Below are positions 22,948 through 35,579 of a stretch of 64,000 nucleotides of DNA, piece by piece. Each line of letters starts with the position of its first letter. Position 1 is the stretch's first letter. The notes under the pieces were generated by a model. It was not told where the DNA came from. It saw nothing but the letters and a program-made list of their open reading frames with translations, and made no database searches. The translations under genes were made by a program, and so were the position numbers. The stretch is from Chrysomallon squamiferum. Lineage: Eukaryota; Animalia; Mollusca. Location: NCBI GenBank assembly GCA_012295275.1, contig CM022667.1, positions 15,438,001-15,502,000 of the forward strand, written 5' to 3'.

Positions 22948-23548
22948 GTGAGTAACGTTCCGAACGTTTCAAAATATTTTATTAGAGAAAATGAATAGAC
23001 GCATAGGCTTTCAGTAAAAGTAGGTAATGTACACTAAATGTGTAAACATTTTCCTGAAAAGAGAATGTATAACATTAAGCTGACTAAATAATGTTTAAAA
23101 AAATATATATATATTTATTAAAGAGTGTCTTTACAAAAATATGCTCAAATTCTGCATTCTTCCAAGTTAGGTTTTGTTGCAGTTCTCCTTGCTGATGATA
23201 ATGCTGTTTTGTTTTTTGTTTATACTTTGTCTTGTGCCGTTTAAAACTAATTAATATCGAAGAATAACAGCAAAAGTGTACACTGAAAATATTAGGGCAA
23301 TTTTCGTGCTATTGCGGTAAAAAAAAATTAAAATAAATATGGTTGTTTAGTAAAAATAGCAGCGGTTATAAACATAATCATTTGTTTTCGCTGTCGTCGG
23401 CACTTTGTTGTTGTTCACGATGCTGTATAGATTTCTATATATGAGTGTAAAGACAAACAGACGTGCTCTTATAATAATAATAATTAAACAATAATAATAA
23501 TAATTATTATTATTATTATTATTATTATTATCATTATTATTATTTCAG

Positions 23549-23774
23549 ATGAATTCTTTTATCCTAATTTTGAGTGTTCTGGTTGCAACAGCTCTAAGTT
23601 ACAGAATCACTGTTGAGTCCGATAGTAAGTATCTTATAGAAGTACACTCAGTAAGCATGGAAAAGATTATAATTATGTTAGAAAGAATTACAAAGTCAGC
23701 TACGTTTTCTTGTTCGAAATATTACGCTTCTAATCAAATGCAAGTTTGTAGAATGATTATTTCTGGTTTCTTAA

Positions 23775-23812
<38 letters not shown>

Positions 23813-25950
23813 GGCAGGAAGGAAGGAATTAAATTAAAGTAAGCTAAACTAAAACAGTCTAACAGCCTTAACATTATAGTACACTTCTTATAATTCAGAA
23901 AGTAACCACATTTCCAAAATGAGGTGCATATGTGCAAACTAAAACAAAGAGTAGTAACTTCAAAAAAAGGAAAGAACTGATAAACGATCTGTATTTTCGC
24001 AGTGCATTATGATACATAAATAAATTTCCATTAAAGTTCCCTGCTGTATGCACATTTTTACTATGTCTTCGATCAGTATAATAATAGAAATATTAGAAAT
24101 ACATACAAAGATAAATACTATCTACGAATATTCAATAATCCAGATTTCTTTTAATGTTTATTTTATTTATTTATTTATTTATATATATATTTATTTATTT
24201 ATTCATTCATTCATTAATAAAAATATTATTATTATTATTATATAATTATTATTATTATTAATATTATTACTATTATTATTATTACTACTACTACTACTAC
24301 TACAACTACTACTACCACTACTACTAATATTATTGTCTTCTCTCCAGATGGAAAAAATAGCTTAGGCTCGGACAAAATCGCTGATCTTCTAGCCCTGCTG
24401 ACTAGCGATAAAGATCTGGAAGATGAGGGTATGGGATTGGGATTAGGAGGTGATGGACTATTAGGTATGGGATTGGGATTAGGAGATGATGGACTATCAG
24501 GAATGGGATTAGGAGGTGATGGATTATCAGGTATGGGATTAGCAGACGATGGACTATCAGGTTTGGGATTAGGAGGAGGTGATGGACTATCAGGTATGGG
24601 TTTGGGATTAGGGGGTGATGGGCTTTCACGTATGGGATTAGGAGGTGGGGATGGACTATCAGGTATAGGCTTGGGATTAGGAGGTGATGGACTTCCAGGC
24701 ATGGGATTAGGAGGAGGTGATGGACTCTCAGGTATGGGATTAGGAGGAGGTGATGGACTATCAGGTATGGGATTAGGAGGAGGTGATGGACTATCAGGTA
24801 TGGGATTAGGAGGAGGTGATGGAGTATCAGGTATGGGATTAGGAGGTGGTGATGGACTATCAGGTATGGGATTAGGAGGAGGTGATGGACTATCAGGTAT
24901 GGGATTAGGAGGTGGTGATGGACTATCAGGTATGGGATTAGGAGGAGGTGATGGACTATCAGGTATGGGATTAGGAGGTGGTGATGGACTATCAGGTATG
25001 GGATTAGGAGGAGGTGATGGACTATCAGGTATGGGATTAGGAGGAGGTGATGGTCTGTCAGGTATGGGATTAGGAGGTGGTGATGAACTATCTGGTATGG
25101 GATTAGGAGGTGGTGATAAACAGTCAGGTATGGGATTGGGATTAGGAGGAGGTGATGGATTATCAGGCATGGGACTGGGATTAGGAGGAGGTGATGGACA
25201 ATCTAACTCGGGATTAGGAGGTGGTGATGTGTCAGGTCTGCTCAGAGAAATCGCAGATCTCCTCCTCAAAGACAAACAAACTGCCGAAGCTGATGCTTTG
25301 AACAAAGCCGCTGACGTCATAGACAAAATGCAAAAAGAAATCAAGGAGAAAATGGCAGAGGAAGAGAAAAAGGCAGAAGATGAGATGACGAAGGAGTTGG
25401 AAAAGGAATCTCAGAAAGAAGAGAAGGAAGAGAAGGATATGGAATCTGAACTGGCTGCTGAAGATAAACAAGAATCCAGCGAAGAGAAAAAAGCGGAAAA
25501 TGAAATGAACACTGAACTTGACGAGGAAACAAAGAAAGAGACAGAAACAGAATAGGAACTGGACAAAGGTATGTTTTCTTATCCCTCTTGAAACCACTGA
25601 CCTATAACACGTATCTATTCCTAGACGAACATAATTAAATATTATCAGATGTAGGATAAGAATGTTTTAAATCGAGAATCCATAAGAAGTGTTTGTCACA
25701 TTTAATATGCATAAACATACATACCTACACGCAGGCACGCACACCCAAAAACATACACAGAAATATAAACATATATAAATGCATACATATATACTTACCT
25801 AAATACAGACAGACGTAGACAAAACGTTCGTAAATACAATATTTATTATGATTATGTTGTTATTGTTGTCCTTTCTTTTTATGTGTGTTTGTTCTTTATC
25901 AAAATATTCTTCATTTCTTTATTTATTTTAATATAGCGACGGATCAGTGA
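23549..25950 (+). CDS. Family G copy 3: exons 23549-23624, 24348-25568, 25937-25950; ~24 Gly/Met repeats; in-frame TAG at 25553-25555 shortly before the exon-3 donor
   Basis: ttcag|ATG AAT TCT...GAT A|gtaagt; ctccag|AT GGA AAA (phase 1); long open frame to ETETE*; then GAA CTG GAC AAA G|gtatgt and tatag|CG ACG GAT CAG TGA; AATAAA at 26074-26079. Confidence 0.85.
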
Positions 25951-27994
25951 AGATTTGAACAGAGAACTGTGATTACGTCTAGCAATACAGGATTATACTG
26001 ATGACGCTGATACGACAAAGTGTACACCAAGATAATTTTTGTTTTGTTTAGACTTTTAATTTATTCTAAATACAATAAAATTTAAATTAATTTATGCGTT
26101 TATTCTTATTATATTCTTCATATTGTTCTGCAAAACCTTTTCTTGCCTAACTCTTTCTTTCTATCTGTCAGTATTTTTATCTTTTCATCTATCTATTTAT
26201 CTATCTTTCTGTCTGTCTGTCTGTATCTATCTATCTATCTATCAGTCTATCTATTTGTCTATCTATTATCGATCTATTATATATCTATCTATCTATAACA
26301 GGATGTAACGGACTAAGAAATTAATTATTTCTAACTGTATTTCTCCACTTAATGAAAGGATATAGTGATTGTAAACGACACTACATAACACGAATACTTT
26401 AAACAGCGTGCTCGTAAAAAATTACATATTACAAAAGATGTACTGTGATAATTTATGCATTAACAAGCCAGATCAAATCGTTTCAAACAATTTAACCGTG
26501 TTTTTCTGGCTTGTTCAAGCACAACCAAGGCTACTTGTGCTTTAAACTTCTGAAAGAAGATAGATAAAGATCACGTGTGCATTAACTTAAAATAATAAAA
26601 GAATTTAAATGTGTTTCTCTGGCTGGTATAACACACACATACATACATATATAACATTGTCTTTACGACTAAGTGAAGTGATTTCGAACTGGCCATAAAA
26701 CACAACAGAATGAGCTTCCTGGAAGAGTGTTTCGGATCTGCTGCATCGTCTGTGTCTGTCACAAAAGGAAAACTAATTTAGTTAATTGACTGTTTAACTC
26801 TCAGCGGTATTTGTCATCTTTGCAGTATTAGTCATCTTCTTACGTTCTTTGTTTTTGTGTATATCCCGAATCTTTCGAAACATTACTATAAAACGAACTA
26901 AATGTACGAATGCTAAAACGTACACTCATACATTTCTTTTATCATTTATTGACTTGATATTTTATTTATTCGGAACAGAGAATAAGCATTTAGATTTTAG
27001 AAATGAGAAGAATAGTTTTTGCTAATATGAGATGCAGACAGAAAGTTAGAAATAAATGACACTAATGATATATTATTATATAATGAAGCAGGCAAAAAAC
27101 AAAGCAATTTAAACAGTAAGAGATTACGTTTGAATGATTAGTTTTAATAGTTGTTTTCTGAAGCATCATATTGCGTTTCCTTCGATCTGTCACCAAGTGG
27201 ATGTTTTGGGGATTTTTTCTGTTTGCTTTTTTTATTTTTATTTTTTGTTTTTGTTTATTTTGTTTATTTTTATTTTTTTTTTTTTTTTTTTTGTTATCAA
27301 TACAGAACCCTTAAGAAACTGTTATAGAATTTGTCGTTTCAAAACGAGACCAGTAACTGGTAGAATTTCTGTTAGTACTTTCAGAGGCGGATATTAAGGA
27401 ATTGATCGAATATCATTATAGTGAACAAACTTACGTACTTTTACTTTAAAACGCTGCAGTAAGGATTTAATATATAATATCATTTTACTTCTCTCTGTAT
27501 TCTTCCAGACCTCATTATGAAATCATACGGGAAATATATCTGCTACAAAACAATTCATGTTTGTATGCCAACATCTTTCTGAGCTCGATCTTAAAACAAA
27601 GGATTATCCAGTTTTGTTTTGTCTGGAAAAGGAAAATATATTTGTGAGGCTTTTTACTGCCGAACAAATTTTCTGAACACGGATTATTTTATGTTTTTGT
27701 TTTGTTTGTTTTTTTTTCTGAAAAAAACAATGGAAGGAAAACAAAAGGAAGCATCTTTGAAAAAAATTTAAATTCTTTCTTGTACATTTTCAGAAACATA
27801 TCTACGAAAACATTTAAAATATTTACTTAACTAAGGCAGTAAATTTCTGTCTTATTTTGTGCAGTGAAAAGGATTTCTTTCTTTCTTTATTTTCTTTTAA
27901 GTATCTACTTATTTATTTATTTGTTTGTTTTTTTATTATCCATATATTTACTTTATATCTAAAATTATTCATTTCTACGATTCGTTTTCTGGAA

Positions 27995-28505
27995 ATGATG
28001 TTTGCTATAATTACTATCAACATTTTGCTCCTGTTCACAAAGACGACAGCACAGACAAGCTGTGGTAGAGTCGAACTAAAGAAAGAAATTCTTACACAAG
28101 AAGAGTTTAGTAGAATTTTACGAAATGTGTTCAATAGTTCAATCAAATCTAAGATGCAATGTGCTTTGTCATGTCGCAGTGATCAAAGGTGTAACGGAAT
28201 GATCGTGTGTCCAGCTATCTGTCATCTATTTGGAGTATTCAACATGGCCAGTTTGACTGATGTCAGTGCAGATAACACAGTCTGCGAAGTTTTTAATATA
28301 GTACGTATTACAAATGTTTGAACATAATAAAATATGATTAGAGTACAGAGACAATAATGCAATATATTAACTTGAAACGTTTAGTAATACGTTTGAAATA
28401 TTAACCAAAGGCATAAGGTTCTCATATCTTATTGTAATATGTTAGAAAGGTGAGAGGATATGTAGTAATTGTGTAATTATATTTTTCCAATAATACTTCA
28501 TAAAC

Positions 28506-28587
<82 letters not shown>

Positions 28588-30759
28588 CATTAAATCCAGT
28601 GCCTTATTATTTTATATTCATTTCTAATGATAAAAATTTCTTATAACATTATTATTGTCGTTATTATTATTATTACTACTGATATTATTACTAATAAAAA
28701 CAACAACTATAACGACAGTTAATTTCCTTTCTATTTTAGAATCGATGCAAGAACAAAGGTTTTCCAGCTGAAAATGGTTACTGTGTCTGTACTCGTGGTT
28801 ATGGAGGTCCGTTCTGTGAAAATACTGTAGAAGGTAAGAACAAAAATATTTTAAAAGCAAAATAAGAAAAATATCTAAATCCGATTGAAATAATGTTAAT
28901 TTAACAATAAAATGCAATAGATTATTACATCAAGAGACGATAAGAATCACTTTCATGAGAACTTTCACTAACATAAATATCTGCTGTCGTGCTTCTTTTT
29001 ATTTAATCACTTTCAGGATATTAATATTACTTCTCTGTGTTGTTATATGTGTTATATTTCTCTTCTTCTTGTTTCTCTTCTTCTTCTTCTTTCTCTTATT
29101 ATTATTATTATTATTATTACTATTATTATTGTTTGTACTGTTATTGCTGTTATTATTATTAGTAGTGTTGTTGTTGTTGTTGTTCTTGTTGTTATTATTA
29201 TTATATGTTGTTCTTGTCGTCATGGCTGTTGCTTATTATTAATACTGTCCTAGTCGTCGTGCGTTTGACTGTTCCTAACAATCATCATCACCTCTGCGTT
29301 ATTATCGTTGCCACTGTCATTTCTTTGAATTTCAGTTATTAATTTTAAATTCCAGATTCCTGCTACTCCTACTGGCGAATGGTTCACGATACAGAGAACA
29401 TCGCAACACTGAACAGTTTGAAAACAGAGTTGAGCAAATCATGCAATGTTAAATTAAAAGTTTTCGCAGGAGGCAAAGATATCCGCTCAGTGGATCTAGC
29501 CGGAATTAGAAGTAACATCGTGTGGACACAATCTGTTTGGAAACTTGAGAAATCTTCATGGAACATGTTTGCTGCCAATCCAAAACTCTTCAATAAAATC
29601 ACTAAAGGTAAATACGTTTTTTCAATGGCAGTAGATATCGCTGGCCCAAAGATATGGACAAACAAATCAGAAATAAAAGCTAAATGGTACGTCAAAGATT
29701 TTTCCAACGGAACACCCAAATTAAAAAACGACAAGGATGGTAATGTTATTTCTGGTGATTACAATTGGTTGGTTTCCAAGATTGAAGAAGGTTCGTCTCT
29801 AACGTCTTCTAAAACTATCTTGATTGAAAAACAATCAGAAAAAATATCCGCAGACGTTCTCAGTCAAATTGGACAAAGCTTTTCGGGACAATATGGTGCA
29901 TTTATTTCTCAACAATATTGGTACCTGTTGAGATATACAAACGCTGGCAAGAACTACATTCTTCGTTGGAATCTTATTGCTGGAGCTATCAGGAAAGACA
30001 GCACGTACACCTATTCTTATTCCTGACAATTGTTGGGTTAAAATATTCACTGTTAATCAAACTGGTCAACACGTTCATGGTTCTGTAGATAATTTAGCCC
30101 GCGCCTTACTTAATGGTCATCGACTAAGGGTTTTTATAGCGGGTTTGTCTATAAGCACGAAGTCTGTACGTATTTATGGTAAGTACGTATCTGCCTCTTT
30201 AGAAGAAATAATTGAACCAATTGCAGTCAAATCCTTTTCACGATCTGGTATCGCGCAGAGGAAGCTGGTACTTTCTAACGGTCAAGTTTTAACTCGAAGA
30301 TACACATTTGAAACTGGAACGGTAACAGAAGATGTCCAAGAACAACAACAAATAGACTGGTTTGTGGACACACGTGAATGGATCAAGGTTCTGTGTTTAA
30401 AATATGGTGGAGAAATACAGAGTAGATCAGTCACAAAACTGAGAGAGATGTTTCTGAAAGGTGTTTGTGTCCGAGTTGTCGTCGAGTATCCTAACGGAGA
30501 GTTTGAAATTGTCGACGTAGATCATCTGGATGTGTCAGACAACGTCCATGTAGCTGCTGAAATGATTTACCACGTCAACACTCAGTTTGATGAAAGTTAT
30601 GGCAGATCTTTTGTAAATGAAACATCTTACCAGCTGTGGTCTGGAATCATAACAACAGAAGGTGACTTTCAAAGTTATATTACACGTACAAGAAAAGTGG
30701 AGGCAAACATGAAGACAAGGTTCAAGCAGCTGCACCTGGTTCATTCAGGAGTAATATAA
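27995..30759 (+). CDS. Family A copy 3, full architecture: exon 27995-28300 (signal peptide + PAN/Apple-like Cys domain), exon 28740-28833 (EGF-like), exon 29356-~30755 (four repeats); frameshifts at ~30022, ~30672 and ~30724 (pseudogene or read errors)
   Basis: MMFAIITINILLLFTKTTAQ...SKMQCALSCRSDQRCNGMIVCPAICHLF...CEVFNI|gtacgt (phase 0); ttttag|NRCKNKGFPAENGYCVCTRGYGGPFCENTVE G|gtaaga; ttccag|AT TCC TGC (DSCYSYWRMV). The CxxxC...C spacing is PAN/Apple-like (inference). Confidence 0.82.
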
Positions 30760-31035
30760 ATTAGAAGGAATGGTTTCAGTTAAAGATAATTTTTTCTCTA
30801 TAGCTATTAAGCGTAAAATATGCTAGAACAAAATGTTATCTTCAAGTAAATGTAAGTTGTTAGTTTATTGGTATTGCACATATGTACTTTCGTACGAAGA
30901 CAAAAAGCAAATTTGTAGCTTTTGTCCGAAAACTGGCACTACACTAATCCTGCTTTACTTTTATGTATGTATATTTGTGTGTCTGTGTATGTTTGTGTGT
31001 GTGTGTTTGTGTTTGTGTGTGTGTGAGTGTGTGTA

Positions 31036-31066
<31 letters not shown>

Positions 31067-32192
31067 ATGTATAGTTTTGTGTCGGTGTGTTAGTGTTTAT
31101 GTTATACATATCCAGAAAAGGGATACTGAGACATATTATTTATTGTTTTGTTTATTTTTTTATTAAATATTTGCTTTGTTGTGTTTTTTGTTTTTACATA
31201 TTTTTATTTATTTATGTTTTTATTTATTGTTTTTTGCTTTGGTGTGCTTTTTGTTTTTTGTTTTTTAATTGCGGAATAGCAAATAAAAGTTTATTAAATT
31301 ATGAATAATAGTTATTGGTAACTATTTTTCGTAGTTATAGTAAATAAAGATTATATTAATAATCTAAATAATCACAAACAAGAGCTATGTACCACTGAGG
31401 TATATTAATTTTCTGGAAAGGATGAAGATGGAGCCAACGTGAAATTACTGGGTTTGATAATGGATTTTTATTTAGATTTTTGAATGTTATTTATTTATTT
31501 ATTTATTACACATTTATTTTTATTTTTATTTATTATTGTTGTTATTGTTGTTGTTGTTTATAATATTATTTCTGTACCCATAATACTGTTGAAAATGTAT
31601 GTTATAGAATGAATGAATGAAAAAAATTAACGTGCTATTCAGAGCAAGCTGTTGTGAAGCACGTCTACGACGGGCACGCTTTCTGACAGGTCAGCGGGCG
31701 TGTTCATCGCAGAAAAGAGGTTTGGGTAAGGTAAGAGAACGGGTTCTCGTTACGATTGCAGGACACAAGGGAGTGTCCAACATATAGGATCGTAACGAGT
31801 CGGTTCCGATGTTTCGTACACGTTATCCGCTCCTTGTTGTTTCAGGTACTTGTCTGGCACGTTGAACGTCTACTAGTCATCACCGGGTCCGTGTTGGTTG
31901 CGTCCTGTTTGTTTGTTCTCTTCTCGGCTGGTGCTGATATTTCCTTGTTCTTTTTGGCTGCTTCTTTCTGGTCCAACAATTCGAAACCTTATTTACTTCT
32001 TTTTTTTGCCAGTTGTCTTTTTATTGATTTAAAACATGCTGTAAACACCTGTAACTAAAAAAGAATAACATGAATGTAGTTAACTTATTTACATTTTATT
32101 TTATTTTATTTTATTATTTTTTTATTTAACAGATGTTATAAATACCTGCAGCTAAGAATAAGAACATGAGCTTATTTACATTTATTATGTAC

Positions 32193-32236
<44 letters not shown>

Positions 32237-32356
32237 ATAGCCGGGTTAGTATGGACTGAAAGTAGTTACGTACGTATAGTTTTGTTTTTAATTATTAATT
32301 TAATTGGCCATTCAAACTGATCCATCAATCAGCCGTTCCATCCGTAGATCCATCAG

Positions 32357-33145
32357 CTGTTTGTTGTTGTTGTTGTGTTTCACCCTCAGCATCGCTCTGA
32401 GGATGGCGTCCAGTTCGGCCGTGTATACCGAAACCTGATTTCTGATACGGCCGAATTGTATGCATGCGGGTTTGTTTGTGTGATCTGGGGCTACGAAGGC
32501 GAATCCTACTCTCCCGTTGTCTGGGTTTTTGGATCCGTCAGTGTAGACGTGGGTGTGTTGTTTGTAGTGATCGTTTGCTGCTGCTAGAAATATGGCTTTT
32601 TTGAAGGGTGTGAACTCTGTTTTGCCTGTTTCTGTTTTGATTAGGAAAGGTGTGTTTATTGCTGGTTTTATTTCTTTGTGGTATGCCGGCAGTGGCATTT
32701 CCCCAATTCCTGTTTCCCTTTCGATTTCGCTGGCTGTTGTCGGGAAATTCGATAGTAGTAGACTATGCGATTTAAAGAGTTGCCCTATTCTTTGTTGGTC
32801 GGGGACCAGATCCTTGATGGGGTGGTCTGTGTTGAGGGCGTGTATTTTCAGGTTGTATTTCAGTAGTTGCAGCTTTCTTCTGTATTTTAGTGGCTGGATG
32901 CTGTATTCTGACAGGAGGCTGTCGGATGGTGTTGTGTTTGGCAGGTGGCCGATCACTCTGAGGGCGCTGGATTGAATTACGTCTAGTTTTTTTAAAGAGT
33001 GTTCGGGAGCATTCGAGTAAGCCGTGGCTCCGTAGTCGAGCCTGGCGAGAATACATGCTTTGTTCATCAAAATTAGCGTTGACTCGTTTGCTCCCCAGCT
33101 GGTTCCGGAAATTAGCTTTAGAAGATTGAGTGTTTTTTTGCAGGA
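32357..33145 (-). mobile_element. Second piece of the same LINE family: post-RT region plus RNase H domain (I-group-like LINE)
   Basis: Overlaps the 18200-18332 sequence (CKKTLNLLKLISGTSWGA...LDYGATAYS) and continues to HTHVYTDGSKNPDNGRVGFAF...VSVYTAELDAILRAM, the RNase H YTDGS and AEL motifs; truncated after this. Confidence 0.92.
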
Positions 33146-34957
33146 ATGTTATGTTATAGAATTTTCGGTTTTGTTTCTATGCTGTATTTATGTATTAACG
33201 AAGGTTGGTGTCTTAAAATATTTGTTTTATCTTTGGAAATTTATGAAATGTGTTTAAGCTATTAGATCATAAATTTGTTATTCACTTTCAGCTTTCTTTT
33301 TATGTGAATGATATGTTAGCTTTATTGTTAATAGTAATACTTGCAGTAGTTTAAATGAAGGTAACGATATTACCTATTGTAGATATGTGACAAAAAGTAT
33401 TAAAGTCTCGAATTAAAATTATTCGGTCAGTTGACCTAACGTAATGGATTGTTTAGGATCGATCACGCTAAACCAGACGAACTGACTACTATTTCGTCAG
33501 CGGAAGATGTTGACAGTATTTTGCCCAAGTAAAGTTAGATCTCTGATCTACAGCTCAGACCAGGCCAGGAAGAGGTATATACTCAACTTTTTGAGTCTGG
33601 ATGACATTTTGAAGGTATTGTTCATCAGAAAATTTAAATTAGTTCTACATCAGCAAAAGGAAAACAGTAAAGAGCGAAGCAGTGGAGACATTATAATACT
33701 AAGTCCCAAAAAGATTTCTTCTTCGACAATTTGTAAAATAAATAACGGAAGAACTACAACAACGTTGTTTTTGGAAGTTGAGCTCGCCAGCTGGATACAA
33801 GCACTAGATAGGACATTTTGATGCAGGGTACATTTTATAGTGTTGCGATTTAAATATTTTAAATGTATGGATTTCATTTGTTTTTGTGATAACTCCGATT
33901 CTATGTTATAATTAAATTATAATAATGATAGCATTGTAAATAATAATGTTTCTGTTGTGTATCTTATTTCTAATAACTTTACGTTTAATACTTATTGGAT
34001 GTTGGAAATGTTTGACAAGAAAATTAAATTTAATATATGACAATATCTACTACCATCAGCACCATTACAATTACTACTACTGCTAGCATTATATCAACAC
34101 CACTGCCACTACTTTTATTACTTCTGCTGTTGCTGCTGTTCACGTTATTATTGCTACGACTAATGGTACTGTTATTAGAGCTATTGTTACTATGTTTTCT
34201 ATTATATGTAGTGTCGTAATAAATATTTACAAATAGTTGATATCTGTTTTGAATTGTGACATATGCTTTATTTATTTATTTATTTATTCATTTATTCATT
34301 CATTTAAATAATCTTTTCACTTATGATAGAGAGCGCTCGACCAGAGTTCCAGTTATGAAAATATATTTTTGGAAGCTTTGTACAATTACAAAGCAAAATG
34401 CGTATCAAGTTCAACACACAATTTCACCAGCAATGTAGCAGTTGACCGCAAGATGCTAATGTGAAGAGACATGCAGCGAAGAGAAAATACGACTTCTCGA
34501 TCAACAATCCACCCCAACACACTTATACAATTTCATAATGACAGTCTGGTACTAGATAAAATTTCTCGTGCGAACTACCAGTCCAGTACAAAATAACAAT
34601 GGACTGTAGATATAACACATACGATATAATATTTTATACTATCGAAAACATTAGCAACAGAAATCAACTAAAGAAAATGTCTAGTGTACATACATTTTAT
34701 TGATTGTTGTATACAAGTTGTCATCACTGTTTGGTCTTTGTCATGTCACACATATAAGTATTTTGTTCAGAATACTTTTGTTAGCTTTCCGTGTATCCCG
34801 AGAGATCTCTGGTACATTCGGGTTCGTTCAGTGTTGTCTAAAAGTCTTCGACAGACAATGCATAACAATAATAGTAATTTCACATTTAGCAATATATCTG
34901 CGATAAGTAAACAATAACTTCGAGTAAGTCAGAATAATTGTTTGTATTAAATAATTG

Positions 34958-35423
34958 TTTGTAACAGAGGGAACAAAGGATCAGTACAGAACTGTCCTCC
35001 TTACTCATGAATCTAGATTCAACTGGCGAACTGCCAATGGGTGTTTCAAAGTCTATCGCAGACGAAATCCTCGCACTAGTCTTAATTCGGCTCGGCACAT
35101 CACCTGATTTTCAAAGAAGGCAACGCTTGAGTGCATGTTTCCAGATCGTGTGCTGATTTTCTGACTCTACGTCATCGAGAGGTGATGCCCTGCCAGCAGT
35201 GTCTCCAGACCTGAATCCCATAGAGCAGCTGATGGATAAGCTAGGAAGGCACGTCCACACGGGTGATTCATTGTCACTGAACAGTTGTAACATTCCCACA
35301 CAAACAGGACCATTCATTCCATGAGACACCAATGTCAAGGCTGGATCTATGCCAGTGGATGGCATACGTCCTAATGTTATAACGTTCGACATGTTCATTA
35401 TCATTTATGCCTTCTTTAATTGT
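34958..35423 (+). mobile_element. Tc1 transposase relic (fourth copy, further deleted at both ends)
   Basis: RTVLLTHESRFN at ~34988 and PAVSPDLNPIE at ~35193. Confidence 0.85.
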
Positions 35424-35579
35424 CTGATATTTCCCCTCAGATGCAGTGTTATAGATTTTACTTAATTTTAGACCAAGGTTTTCATTTGTCATCATTTCGT
35501 TGTTCATTTCAATACTAATACAGTAATTTTGTGAATAAACAAACCTGAAACACACCGCTAATGTTAACAACGTTATTAT
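35424..35579 (-). pseudogene. Truncated family A exon 1 (ATG mutated to ATA)
   Basis: IITLLTLAVCFRFVYSQNYCISIEMNNEMMTNENLGLKLSKIYNTASEGKYQ (within ORF 35274-35585). Confidence 0.7.

Larger units (their letters stand above)
18533..23050 (-). repeat. Inverted copy (unit 3) of ~12400-16610, continuing into the more diverged G copy 3
   Basis: Reverse-complement colinearity of the 1.5-kb block, Tc1 relic, exon-1 fragment, exon-3 fragment and G promoter. Confidence 0.88.

Noticed and set aside
24238-25344. Long Pro-rich ORFs (PPPNPIPDSPS)n, also 10617-11333 and 38877-39617, resembling extensin or collagen-like proteins
   Set aside because: Antisense shadows of the G repeat. Signal exon, splice sites, promoter and polyA signal are all on the Gly-rich strand.
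28507-28580. (CT)n upstream of the EGF exon in both A copy 1 and copy 3 as a conserved regulatory element
   Set aside because: CT/AG microsatellites are frequent across the window, so the coincidence or passive inheritance cannot be distinguished from function.
32195-32235. Poly(A) run near the LINE fragment as a possible retrotransposon tail
   Set aside because: The LINE is on the minus strand, so its tail would appear as poly(T) on plus. The element is also truncated within RNase H.
33440-33640. Frame reading ...ISDLQLRPGQEEVYTQLF, reminiscent of a RecQ/DEAD-box Q-motif, in the thrice-repeated 1.5-kb block
   Set aside because: Flanked by several stops, with no Walker A or other helicase motif following. 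Too short to support.
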